Source: the human T2T-CHM13v2.0 reference genome, Homo sapiens. Taken from it: a stretch of 64,000 nt of DNA. Position numbers and translations under genes: made by a program. Under the pieces are notes generated by a model that saw nothing but the letters and a program-made list of their open reading frames with translations, was not told where the DNA came from and did not search any database. Positions 16,001 through 32,500 of this stretch are shown piece after piece. Location: the NCBI RefSeq assembly GCF_009914755.1, contig NC_060927.1; one strand, written 5' to 3'. Position 1 is the stretch's first letter, and each line of letters begins with the position of its first letter.

Positions 16001-19000
16001 CCCAAGGTATATATTCTATACTGTACAAAAAATATCAAAGTACCCAAAGCATGTATTACAAACTGTACATAAAATATGAAAGTCCATCAAATATATATTT
16101 TATTCTGTACATAAAATATCAAAGTACACCAGATATATATTCTATAGTGTACATAAAATATCAAAGTACCCAAACTATACATTATATACTGTACATAAAA
16201 TATGAAATTACATCAAATATATATTATATTAGGTACATAAAATATGAAAGTACATCAAATATAGATTATATACTGTACATTAAGTACCAAAGTACCCCAA
16301 ATATATATTTTATACTGTACATGAAATATCAAAGTTCACAAACTATATATTATATACTGTACATAAAATATCAAAGTACCCAAGGTATATATTCTATACT
16401 GTACAAAAAATATCAAAGTACCCAAAGCATGTATTATATAATGTACATAAAGTATGAAAGTACATCAAATATATATTTTATTCTGTACATAAAATATCAA
16501 GGTACACCAGATATATATTCTATAGTGTACATAAAATATCAAAGTACCCAAACTATAAATTATATACTGTACATAAAATATGAAATTACATCAAATATAT
16601 ATTATATTAGGTACATAAAATATGAAAGTACATCAAATATAGATTATATACTCTACATTAAATACCAAAGTACCCCAAATATATATTTTATACTGTACAT
16701 GAAATATCAAAGTTCACAAAGTATATATTATATACTGTACATAAAATATCAAAGTACCCAAGGTATATATTCTATACTGTACAAAAGATATCAAAGTACC
16801 CAAAGCATGTATTATATACTGTACATAAAATATGAAAGTACATCATATATATATTTTATTCTCTACATAAAATATTAAAGTACACCAGATATATATTCTA
16901 TAGTGTACATAAAATATCAAAGTACCCAAACTATACATTATATACTGTACATAAAATATGAAATTACATCAAATATATATTAAGTACATAAAATATGAAA
17001 GTACATCAAATATAGATTATATACTGTACATAAAATATCAATGTACACCAAATATATATTATATACTCTACATGAAATATCAAAGTTCACAAACTATATA
17101 TTATATACTGTCCATAAAATATCAAAGTACCCAAGGTATATATTCTATACTGTACAAAAAATATCAAAGTACCCAAAGCATGTATTATATACTGTACCTA
17201 AAATATGAAAGTACATCAAATATATATTTTATTCTGTACATAAAATATCAAAGTACACCAGATATATATTCTATAGTGTATATAAAATATCAAAGTACCC
17301 AAACTATACATTATATACTGTACATAAAATATGAAATTACATCAAATATATATTATATTAGGTACATAAAATATGAAAGTACATGAAGTATAGATTATAT
17401 ACTGTACATAAAATATCAAAGTACCCCAAATTTATATTATATACTATACATGAAATATCAAAGTTCACAAACTATATATTATATACTGTACATAAAATAT
17501 CAAAGTACCCAAGGTATATATTCTATAGTGTACAAAAAATATCAAAGTACCCAAAGCATGTATTATATACCGTACATAAAATATAAAATTACATCAAATA
17601 TATATTTTATTCTGTACATAAAATATCAAAGTACACCAGATATATATACTATAGTGTACATAAAATATCAAAGTACCCAAACTATACATTATACACTGCA
17701 CATAAAATATGAAATTACATCAAATATATATTAGGTACATAAAATATGAAAGTACATCAAATATAGATTATATACTGTAAATATAATATCAATGTACCCC
17801 AAATATATATTTTATACTGTACATGAAATATCAAAGTTCACAAAGTATATATTATATACTGTACATAAAATATCAAAGTACCCAAGGTATATATTCTATA
17901 CTGTACAAAAAATATCAAAGTACCCAAAGCATGTATAACAAACTGTACCTAAAATATGAAAGTACATCAAATATATATTTTATTCTGTACATAAAATATC
18001 AAAGTACACCAGATATATATTCTATAGTGTACATAAAATATCAAAGTACCCAAACTATACATTATATACTGTACATAAAATATGAAATTACAGCAAATAT
18101 ATATTATATTAGGTACATAAAATATGAAAGTACATCAAATATAGATTATATACTGTACATTAAATACCAAAGTACCCCAAATATATATTTTATACTGTAC
18201 ATGAAATATCAAAGTTCACAAACTATATATTATATACTGTACATAAAATATCAATGTACCCAAGGTATATATTCTATACTGCACAAAAAATATCAAAGTA
18301 CCCAAAGCATGTATTATATACTGTATATAAAATATGAAAGTACATCAAATATATATTTTATTCTGTACATAAAATATCAAAGTACACCAGATATATATTC
18401 TATAGTGTACATAAAATAACAAAGTACACAAACTATAAATTATATACTGTACATAAAATATGAAATTACATCAAATATATATTAGGTACATAAAATATGA
18501 AAGTACATCAAATATAGATTATATACTGTACATATAATATCAATGTATCCGAAATATATATTTTATACTCTACATGAAATATCAAAGTACACAAACCATA
18601 TATTGTATACTGCACATAAAATATCAAAATACCCAAGGTATATATTCTATACTGTACAAAAAATATCAAAGTACCCAAAGCAGGTATTATATACTGTAAA
18701 TAAAATATTAAAGTACATCAAATATATATTTTATTCTGTACATAAAATATCAAAGTACACCAGATATATATTCTATAGCGTACATAAAATATCAAAGTAC
18801 ACAAACTATACATTATGTACTGTACATAAAATATGAAATTACATCAAATATATATTATATTAGGTACATAAAATATGAAAGTACATCAAATATAGATTAT
18901 ATACTGTACATTAAATACCAAAGTACCCCAAATATATATTTTATACTGTACATGAAATTTCAAAGTTCACAAACTATATATTATATACTGTACATAAAAT

Positions 19001-19328
19001 ATCAAAGTACCCAAGGTATATATTCTATACTGTGCAAAAAATATCAAAGTACCCAAAGCATGTATTATATACTGTATATAAAATATGAAAGTACATCAAA
19101 TATATATTTTATTCTGTACATAAAATATCAAAGTACACCAGATATATATTCTATAGTGTACATAAAATATCAAAGTACCCTAACTATACATTATATACTG
19201 TACATAAAATATGAAATTACATCAAATATATATTATATTAGGTACATAAAATACGAAAGTACATCAAATATAGATTATATACTGTACATAAAATATCAAA
19301 GTACCCCAATATATATTATATACTGTAC

Positions 19329-22300
19329 ATGAAATATCAAAGTTCACAAACTATATATTATATACTGTACATAAAATATCAAAGTACCCAAGGTATATAT
19401 TCTATAGTGTACAAAAAATATCAAAGTACCCAAAGCATGTATTATATACCGTACATAAAATATAAAATTACATCAAATATATATTTTATTCTGTACATAA
19501 AATATCAAAGTACACCAGATATATATACTATAGTGTACATAAAATATCAAAGTACCCAAACTATACATTATACACTGTACATAAAATATGAAATTACATC
19601 AAATATATATTAGGTACATAAAATATGAAAGTACATCAAATATAGATTATATACTGTAAATATAATATCAATGTACCCCAAATATATATTTTATACTCTA
19701 CATGAAATATCAAAGTTCACAAACCATATATTATATACTGTACATAAAATATCAAAGTACCCAAGGTATATATTCTATACTGTACAAAAAATATCAAAGT
19801 ACCCAAAGCATGTATTATATACTGTACATAAAATATGAAAGTACATCAAATATATATTTTATTCTGTACATAAAATATCAAAGTACACCAGATATATATT
19901 CTATAGTGTACATAAAATATCAAAGTACCCAAACTATACATTATATACTGTACATAAAATATGAAATTACATCAAATATATATTATATTAGGTACATGAA
20001 ATATGAAAGTACATCAAATATAGATTATATACTGTACATAAAATATGAAAGTACCCCAAATATATATTATATACTCTACATGAAATATCAAAGTTCACAA
20101 ACTATATATTATATACTGTACATAAAATATCAAAGTACCCAAGGTATATATTCTATACTGTACAAAAAATATCAAAGTATCCAAAGCATGTATTATATAC
20201 TGTATATAAAATATGAAAGTACATCAAATATATATTTTATTCTGTACATAAAATATCAAAGTACACCAGATATATATTCTATAGTGTACATAAAATATCA
20301 AAGTACCCAAGCTATACATTATATACTGTACATAAAATATGAAATTACAGCAAATATATATTATATTAGGTACATAAAATATGAAAGAACATCAAATATA
20401 GATTATATACTGTACATTAAATACCAAAGTACCCCAAATATATATTTTATACTGTACATGAAATATCAAAGTTCACAAACTATATATTATATACTGTACA
20501 TAAAATATCAATGTACCCAAGGTATATATTCTATACTGCACAAAAAATATCAAAGTACCCAAAGCATGTATTATATACTGTATATAAAATATGAAAGTAC
20601 ATCAAATATATATTTTATTCTGTACATAAAATATCAAAGTACACCAGATATATATTCTAATGTGTACATAAAATATCAAAGTACCCAAACTATACATTAT
20701 ATACTGTACATAAAATATGAAATTACATCAAATATATATTATATTAGGTACATAAAATACGAAAGTACATCAAATATAGATTATATACTGTACATAAAAT
20801 ATCAAAGTACCCCAATATATATTATATACTGTACATGAAATATCAAAGTTCACAAACTATATATTATGTACTGTACATAAAATATCAAAGTACCTAAGGT
20901 ATATATTCTATACTGTACAAAAAATATCAAAGTACCCAAAGCATGTATTATATAATGTACATAAAATATGGAAGTACATCAAATATATATTTTATTCTGT
21001 ACATAAAATATCAAAGAACACCAGACATATATTCTATAGTGTACATAAAATATCAAAGTACCCAAACTATACATTATATACTGTACATAAAATATGAAAT
21101 TACATCATATATATATTAGGTACATAAAATATGAAAGTACATCAAATATATATTTTATTCTGTACATAAAATAGCAAAGTACACCAGATATATATTCTAT
21201 AGTGTACATAAAATAACAAAGTACACAAACTATAAATTATATACTGTACATAAAATATGAAATTACATCAAATATATATTAGGTACATAAAATATGAAAG
21301 TACATCAAATATAGATTATATACTGTACATATAATATCAATGTACCCGAAATATATATTTTATACTCTACATGAAATATCAAAGTTCACAAACCATATAT
21401 TGTATACTGCACATAAAATATCAAAATACCCAATGTATATATTCTATACTGTACAAAAAATATCAAAGTACCCAAAGCAGGTATTATATACTGTACATAA
21501 AATATGAAAGTACATCAAATATATATTTTATTCTGTACATAAAATATCAAAGTACACCAGATATATATTCTATAGTGTACATAAAATATCAAAGTACCCA
21601 AACTATACATTATATACTGTACATAAAATATGAAATTACATCAAATATATATTATATTAGGTACATAAAATACGAAAGTACATCAAATATAGATTATATA
21701 CTGTACATAAAATATCAAAGTACCCCAATATATATTATATACTGTATATGAAATATCAAAGTTCACAAACTATATATTATATACTGTACATAAAATATCA
21801 AAGTACCCAAGGTATATATTCTATAGTGTACAAAAAATATCAAAGTACCCAAAGCATGTATTATATACCGTACATAAAATATAAAATTACATCAAATATA
21901 TATTTTATTCTGTACATAAAATATCAAAGTACACCAGATATATATTCTATAGTGTACATAAAATATCAAAGTACCCAAACTATACATTATACACTGTACA
22001 TAAAATATGAAATTACATCAAATATATATTCGGTACATAAAATATGAAAGTACATCAAATATAGATTTTATACTGTAAATATAATATCAATGTACCCCAA
22101 ATATATATTTTATACTCTACATGAAATATCAAAGTTCACAAACCATATATTATATACTGTACATAAAATATCAAAGTACCCAAGGTATATATTCTATACT
22201 GTACAAAAAATATCAAAGTACCCAAAGCATGTATTATATACTGTACATAAAATATGAAAGTACATCAAATATATATTTTATTCTGTACATAAAATATCAA

Positions 22301-25300
22301 AGTACACCAGATTTATATTCTATAGTGTACATAAAATATCAAAGTACCCAAACTATACATTATATACTGTACATAAAATATGAAATTACATCAAATATAT
22401 ATTATATTAGGTACATGAAATATGAAAGAACATCAAATATAGATTATATACTGTACATAAAATATGAAAGTACCCCAAATATATATTATATACTCTACAT
22501 GAAATATCAAAGTTCACCAACTATATATTATATACTGTACATAAAATATCAAAGTACCCAAGGTATATATTCTATACTGTACAAAAAATATCAAAGTATC
22601 CAAAGCATGTATTATATACTGTATATAAAATATGAAAGTACATCAAATATATATTTTATTCTGTACATAAAATATCAAAGTACACCAGATATATATTCTA
22701 TAGTGTACATAAAATATCAAAGTCCCCAAACTATACATTATATACTGTACATAAAATATGAAATTACAGCAAATATATATTATATTAGGTACATAAAATA
22801 TGAAAGTACATCAAATATAGATTATATACTGTACATTAAATACCAAAGTACCCCAAATATATATTTTATACTGTACATGAAATATCAAAGTTCACAAACT
22901 ATATATTATATACTGTACATAAAATATCAATGTACCCAAGGTATATATTCTATACTGCACAAAAAATATCAAAGTACCCAAAGCATGTATTATATACTGT
23001 ATATAAAATATGAAAGTACATCAAATATATATTTTATTCTGTACATAAAATATCAAAGTACACCAGATATATATTCTAATGTGTACATAAAATATCAAAG
23101 TACCCAAACTATACATTATATACTGTACATAAAATATGAAATTACATCAAATATATATTATATTAGGTACATAAAATACGAAAGTACATCAAATATAGAT
23201 TATATACTGTACATAAAATATCAAAGTACCCCAATATATATTATATACTGTACATGAAATATCAAAGTTCACAAACTATATATTATGTACTGTACATAAA
23301 ATATCAAAGTACCCAAGGTATATATTCTATACTGTACAAAAAATATCAAAGTACCCAAAGCATGTATTATATAATGTACATAAAATATGGAAGTACATCA
23401 AATATATATTTTATTCTGTACATAAAATATCAAAGAACACCAGACATATATTCTATAGTGTACATAAAATATCAAAGTACCCAAACTATACATTATATAC
23501 TGTACATAAAATATGAAATTACATCATATATATATTAGGTACATAAAATATGAAAGTACATCAAATATATATTTTATTCTGTACATAAAATATCAAAGTA
23601 CACCAGATATATATTCTATAGTGTACATAAAATAACAAAGTACACAAACTATAAATTATATACTGTACATAAAATATGAAATTACATCAAATATATATTA
23701 GGTACATAAAATATGAAAGTACATCAAATATAGATTATATACTGTACATATAATATCAATGTACCCGAAATATATATTTTATACTCTACATGAAATATCA
23801 AAGTTCACAAACCATATATTGTATACTGCACATAAAATATCAAAATACCCAATGTATATATTCTATACTGTACAAAAAATATCAAAGTACCCAAAGCAGG
23901 TATTATATACTGTACATAAAATATGAAAGTACATCAAATATATATTTTATTCTGTACATAAAATATCAAAGTACACCAGATATATATTCTATAGTGTACA
24001 TAAAATATCAAAGTACCCAAACTATACATTATATACTGTACATAAAATATGAAATTACATCAAATATATATTATATTAGGTACATAAAATACGAAAGTAC
24101 ATCAAATATAGATTATATACTGTACATAAAATATCAAAGTACCCCAATATATATTATATACTGTATATGAAATATCAAAGTTCACAAACTATATATTATA
24201 TACTGTACATAAAATATCAAAGTACCCAAGGTATATATTCTATAGTGTACAAAAAATATCAAAGTACCCAAAGCATGTATTATATACCGTACATAAAATA
24301 TAAAATTACATCAAATATATATTTTATTCTGTACATAAAATATCAAAGTACACCAGATATATATTCTATAGTGTACATAAAATATCAAAGTACCCAAACT
24401 ATACATTATACACTGTACATAAAATATGAAATTACATCAAATATATATTCGGTACATAAAATATGAAAGTACATCAAATATAGATTATATACTGTAAATA
24501 TAATATCAATGTACCCCAAATATATATTTTATACTCTACATGAAATATCAAAGTTCACAAACCATATATTATATACTGTACATAAAATATCAAAGTACCC
24601 AAGGTATATATTCTATACTGTACAAAAAATATCAAAGTACCCAAAGCATGTATTATATACTGTACATAAAATATGAAAGTACATCAAATATATATTTTAT
24701 TCTGTACATAAAATATCAAAGTACACCAGATATATATTCTATAGTGTACATAAAATATCAAAGTACCCAAACTATACATTATATACTGTACATAAAATAT
24801 GAAATTACATCAAATATATATTATATTAGGTACATGAAATATGAAAGAACATCAAATATAGATTATATACTGTACATAAAATATGAAAGTACCCCAAATA
24901 TATATTATATACTCTACATGAAATATCAAAGTTCACCAACTATATATTATATACTGTACATAAAATATCAAAGTACCCAAGGTATATATTCTATACTGTA
25001 CAAAAAATATCAAAGTATCCAAAGCATGTATTATATACTGTATATAAAATATGAAAGTACATCAAATATATATTTTATTCTGTACATAAAATATCAAAGT
25101 ACACCAGATATATATTCTATAGTGTACATAAAATATCAAAGTCCCCAAACTTTACATTATATACTGTACATAAAATATGAAATTACAGCAAATATATATT
25201 ATATTAGGTACATAAAATATGAAAGTACATCAAATATAGATTATATACTGTACATTAAATACCAAAGTACCCCAAATATATATTTTATACTGTACATGAA

Positions 25301-26586
25301 ATATCAAAGTTCACAAACTATATATTATATACTGTACATAAAATATCAATGTACCCAAGGTATATATACTATACTGCACAAAAAATATCAAAGTACCCAA
25401 AGCATGTATTATATACTGTATATAAAATATGAAAGTACATCAAATATATATTTTATTCTGTACATAAAATATAAAAGTACACCAGATATATATTCTATAG
25501 TGTACATAAAATATCAAAGTACCCAAACTATACATTATATACTGTACATAAAATATGAAATTACATCAAATATATATTATATTAGGTACATAAAACACGA
25601 AAGTACATCAAATATAGATTATATACTGTACATAAAATATCAAAGTACCCCAATATATATTATATACTGTACATGAAATATCAAAGTTCACAAACTATAT
25701 ATTATGTACTGTACATAAAATATCAAAGTACCCAAGGTATATATTCTATACTGTACAAAAAATATCAAAGTACCCAAAGCATGTATTATATAATGTACAT
25801 AAAATATGAAAGTACATCAAATATATATTTTATTCTGTACATAAAATATCAAAGAACACCAGATATATATTCTATAGTGTACATAAAATATCAAAGTACC
25901 CAAACTATACATTATATACTGTACATAAAATATGAAATTACATCATATATATATTAGGTACATAAAATATGAAAGTACATCAAATATATATTTTATTCTG
26001 TACATAAAATATCAAAGTACACCAGATATATATTCTATAGTGTACATAAAATAACAAAGTACACAAACTATAAATTATATACTGTACATAAAATATGAAA
26101 TTACATCAAATATATATTAGGTACATAAAATATGAAAGTACATCAAATATAGATTATATACTGTACATATAATATCAATGTACCCGAAATATATATTTTA
26201 TACTCTACATGAAATATCAAAGTTCACAAACCATATATTGTATACTGCACATAAAATATCAAAATACCCAAGGTATATATTCTATACTGTACAAAAAATA
26301 TCAAAGTACCCAAAGCAGGTATTATATACTGTACATAAAATATGAAAGTACATCAAATATATATTTTATTCTGTACATAAAATATCAAAGTACACCAGAT
26401 ATATATTCTATAGCGTACATAAAATATCAAAGTACACAAACTATACATTATATACTGTACATAAAATATGAAATTACATCAAATATATATTATATTAGGT
26501 ACATAAAATATGAAAGTACATCAAATATAGATTATATACTGTAAATATAATATCAATGTACCCCAAATATATATTTTATACTCTAC
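19329..26586 (+). repeat. 2419-bp super-repeat, 3 tandem copies (373+378+378+377+536+377; 58 monomers)
   Basis: Equivalent unit starts 19329/21748/24167, 19702/22121/24540, 20835/23254/25673 and 21371/23790/26209 are all offset by 2419. Confidence 0.9.
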
Positions 26587-29500
26587 ATGAAATATCAAAG
26601 TTCACAAACCATATATTATATACTGTACATAAAATATCAAAGTACCCAAGGTATATATTCTATACTGTACAAAAAATATCAAAGTACCCAAAGCATGTAT
26701 TATATACTGTACATAAAATATGAAAGTACATCAAATATATATTTTATTCTGTACATAAAATATCAAAGTACACCAGATATATATTCTATAGTGTACATAA
26801 AATATCAAAGTACCCAAACTATACATTATATACTGTACATAAAATATGAAATTACATCAAATATATATTATATTAGGTAAATGAAATATGAAAGTACATC
26901 AAATATACATTATATACTGTACATAAAATATGAAAGTACCCCAAATATATATTATATACTCTACATGAAATATCAAAGTTCACAAACTATATATTATATA
27001 CTGTACATAAAATATCAAAGTACCCAAGGTATATATTCTATACTGTACAAAAAATATCAAAGTATCCAAAGCATGTATTATATACTGTATATAAAATATG
27101 AAAGTACATCAAATATATATTTTATTCTGTACATAAAATATCAAAGTACACCAGATATATATTCTATAGTGTACATAAAATATCAAAGTACCCAAACTAT
27201 ACATTATATACTGTACATAAAATATGAAATTACAGCAAATATATATTATATTAGGTACATAAAATATGAAAGTACATCAAATATAGATTATATACTCTAC
27301 ATTAAATACCAAAGTACCCCAAATATATATTTTATACTGTACATGAAATATCAAAGTTCACAAACTATATATTATATACTGTACATAAAATATCAATGTA
27401 CCCAAGGTATATATTCTATACTGCACAAAAAATATCAAAGTACCCAAAGCATGTATTATATACTGTATATAAAATATGAAAGTACATCAAATATATATTT
27501 TATTCTGTACATAAAATATCAAAGTACACCAGATATATATTCTATAGTGTACATAAAATATCAAAGTACCCAAACTATACATTATATACTGTACATAAAA
27601 TATGAAATTACATCAAATATATATTATATTAGGTACATAAAATACGAAAGTACATCAAATATAGATTATATACTGTACAAAAAATATGAAAGTACCCCAA
27701 TATATATTATATACTCTACATGAAATATCAAAGTTCACAAACTATATATTATGTACTGTACATAAAATATCAAACTACCCAAGGTATATATTCTATACTG
27801 TACAAAAAATATCAAAGTACCCAAAGCATGTATTATATAATGTACATAAAATATGAAAGTACATCAAATATATATTTTATTCTGTACATAAAATATCAAA
27901 GAACACCAGATATATATTCTATAGTGTACATAAAATATCAAAGTACCCAAACTATACATTATATACTGTACATAAAATATGAAATTACATCAAATATATA
28001 TTATATTAGGTACATAAAATATGAAAGTACATCAAATATAGATTATATACTGTAAATATAATATCAATGTACCCCAAATATATATTTTATACTCTACATG
28101 AAATATCAAAGTTCACAAACCATATATTATATACTGTACATAAAATATCAAAGTACCCAAGGTATATATTCTATACTGTACAAAAAATATCAAAGTACCC
28201 AAAGCATGTATTATATACTGTACATAAAATATGAAAGTACATCAAATATATATTTTATTCTGTACATAAAATATCAAAGTACACCAGATATATATTCTAT
28301 AGTGTACATAAAATATCAAAGTACCCAAACTATACATTATATACTGTACATAAAATATGAAATTACATCAAATATATATTATATTAGGTAAATGAAATAT
28401 GAAAGTACATCAAATATAGATTATATACTGTACATAAAATATGAAAGTACCCCAAATATATATTATATACTCTACATGAAATATCAAAGTTCACAAACTA
28501 TATATTATATACTGTCCATAAAATATCAAAGTACCCAAGGTATATATTTTATACTGTACAAAAAATATCAAAGTACCCAAAGCATGTATTATATACTATA
28601 CCTAAAATATGAAAGTACATCAAATATATATTTTATTCTGTACATAAAATATCAAAGTACACCAGATATATATTCTACAGTGTATATAAAATATCAAAGT
28701 ACCCAAACTATACATTATATACTGTACATAAAATATGAAATTACATCAAATATATATTATATTAGGTACATAAAATATGAAAGTACATGAAGTATAGATT
28801 ATATACTGTACATAAAATATCAAAGTACCCCAAATTTATATTATATACTATACATGAAATATCAAAGTTCACAAACTATATATTATATACTGTACATAAA
28901 ATATCAAAGTACCCAAGGTATATATTCTATAGTGTACAAAAAATATCAAAGTACCCAAAGCATGTATTATATACCGTACGTAAAATATAAAATTACATCA
29001 AATATATATTTTATTCTGTACATAAAATATCAAAGTACACCAGATATATATACTATAGTGTACATAAAATATAAAGGTACCCAAACTATACATTATACAC
29101 TGCACATAAAATATGAAATTACATCAAATATATATTAGGTACATAAAATATGAAAGTACATCAAATATAGATTATATACTGTAAATATAATATCAATGTA
29201 CCCCAAATATATATTTTATACTCTACATGAAATATCAAAGTTCACAAACCATATATTATATACTGTACATAAAATATCAAAGTACCCAAGGTATATATTC
29301 TATACTGTACAAAAAATATCAAAGTACCCAAAGCATGTATTATATACTGTACATAAAATATGAAAGTACATCAAATATATATTTTATTCTGTACATAAAA
29401 TATCAAAGTACACCAGATATATATTCTATAGTGTACATAAAATATCAAAGTACCCAAACTATACATTATATACTGTACATAAAATATGAAATTACATCAA

Positions 29501-32500
29501 ATATATATTATATTAGGTACATGAAATTTGAAAGTACATCAAATATAGATTATATACTGTACATAAAATATGAAAGTACCCCAAATATATATTATATACT
29601 CTACATGAAATATCAAAGTTCACAAACTATATATTATATACTGTACATAAAATATCAAAGTACCCAAGGTATATATTCTATACTGTACAAAAAATATCAA
29701 AGTATCCAAAGCATGTATTATATACTGTATATAAAATATGAAAGTACATCAAATATATATTTTATTCTGTACATAAAATATCAAAGTACACCAGATATAT
29801 ATTCTATAGTGTACATAAAATATCAAAGTACCCAAACTATACATTATATACTGTACATAAAATATGAAATTACAGCAAATATATATTATATTAGGTACAT
29901 AAAATATGAAAGTACATCAAATATAGATTATATACTCTACATTAAATACCAAAGTACCCCAAATATATATTTTATACTGTACATGAAATATCAAAGTTCA
30001 CAAACTATATATTATATACTGTACATAAAATATCAATGTACCCAAGGTATATATTCTATACTGCACAAAAAATATCAAAGTACCCAAAGCATGTATTATA
30101 TACTGTATATAAAATATGAAAGTACATCAAATATATATTTTATTCTGTACATAAAATATCAAAGTACACCAGATATATATTCTATAGTGTACATAAAATA
30201 TCAAAGTACCCAAACTATACATTATAAACTGTACATAAAATATGAAATTACATCAAATATATATTATATTAGGTACATAAAATACGAAATTACATCAAAT
30301 ATAGATTATATACTGTAAATATAATATCAATGTACCCCAAATATATATTTTATACTCTACATGAAATATCAAAGTTCACAAACCATATATTATATACTGT
30401 ACATAAAATATCAAAGTACCCAAGGTATATATTCTATACTGTACAAAAAATATCAAAGTACCCAAAGCATGTATTATATACTATACCTAAAATATGAAAG
30501 TACATCAAATATATATTTTATTCTGTACATAAAATATCAAAGTACACCAGATATATATTCTACAGTGTACATAAAATATCAAAGTACCCAAACTATACAT
30601 TATATACTGTACATAAAATATGAAATTACATCAAATATATATTATATTAGGTAAATGAAATACGAAAGTACATCAAATATAGATTATATACTGTACATAA
30701 AATATCAAAGTACCCCAATATATATTATATACTGTACATGAAATATCAAAGTTCACAAACTATATATTATGTACTGTACATAGAATATCAAAGTACCGAA
30801 GGTATATATTCTATACTGTACAAAAAATATCAAAGTACCCAAAGCATGTATTATATAATGTACATAAAATATGAAAGTACATCAAATATATATTTTATTC
30901 TGTACATAAAATATCAAAGTACACCAGATATATATTCTATAGCGTACATAAAATATCAAAGTACACAAACTATACATTATATACTGTACATAAAATATGA
31001 AATTACATCAAATATATATTATATTAGGTAAATGAAATATGAAAGTACATCAAATATAGATTATATACTGTACATAAAATATGAAAGTACCCCAAATATA
31101 TATTATATACTCTACATGAAATATCAAAGTTCACAAACTATAGATTATATACTGTACATAAAATATCAAAGTACCCAAGGTATATATTCTATACTGTACA
31201 AAAAATATCAAAGTATCCAAAGCATGTATTATATACTGTATATAAAATATGAAAGTACATCAAATATATATTTTATTCTGTACATAAAATATCAAAGTAC
31301 ACCAGATATATATTCTATAGCGTACATAAAATATCAAAGTACACAAACTATACATTCTATACTGTACATAAAATATGAAATTACATCAAATATATATTAT
31401 ATTAGGTACATAAAATATGAAAGTACATCAAATATAGATTATATACTGTACATATAATATCAATGTACCCCAAATATATATTTTATACTCTACATGAAAT
31501 ATCAAAGTTCACAAACCATATATTATATTCTGTACATAAAATATCAAAGTACCCAAGGTATATATTCTATACTGTACAAAAAATATCAAAGTACCCAAAG
31601 CATGTATTATATACTGTACATAAAATATGAAAGTACATCAAATATATATTTTATTCTGTACATAAAATATCAAAGTACACCAGATATATATTCTATAGTG
31701 TACATAAAATATCAAAGTACCCAAACTATACATTATATACTGTACATAAAATATGAAATTACATCAAATATATATTATATTAGGTAAATGAAATATGAAA
31801 GTACATCAAATATAGATTATATACTGTACATAAAATATGAAAGTACCCCAAATATATATTATATACTCTACATGAAATATCAAAGTTCACAAACTATATA
31901 TTATATACTGTACATAAAATATCAAAGTACCCAAGGTATATATTCTATACTGTACAAAAAATATCAAAGTATCCAAAGCATGTATTATATAATGTACATA
32001 AAATATGAAAGTACATCAAATATATATTTTATTCTGTACATAAAATATCAGAGAACACCAGATATATATTCTATAGTGTACATAAAATATCAAAGTACCC
32101 AAACTATACATTATATACTGTACATAAAATATGAAATTACATCAAATATATATTATATTAGGTACATAAAATATGAAAGTACATCAAATATAGATTATAT
32201 ACTGTAAATATAATATCAATGTACCCCAAATATATATTTTATACTCTACATGAAATATCAAAGTTCACAAACCATATATTATATACTGTACATAAAATAT
32301 CAAAGTACCCAAGGTATATATTCTATACTGTACAAAAAATATCAAAGTACCCAAAGCATGTATTATATACTATACCTAAAATATGAAAGTACATCAAATA
32401 TATATTTTATTCTGTACATAAAATATCAAAGTACACCAGATATATATTCTACAGTGTACATAAAATATCAAAGTACCCAAACTATACATTATATACTGTA

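Noticed and set aside
16720-16736. Inverted repeat AGTATATA-T-TATATACT and ubiquitous TGTACA/TATATA palindromes as terminators or cruciforms
   Set aside because: Short, AT-only stems expected in a (TA)-rich repeat; no stable hairpin.
26587-27723. Abutting or overlapping ORFs (TAA-ATG, ATGA) resembling translationally coupled operons or programmed frameshifts
   Set aside because: They arise from single satellite variants (AGGTAAATG; 1-bp deletion in CCCCAAAT) and are not evidence of prokaryote-style gene organisation.
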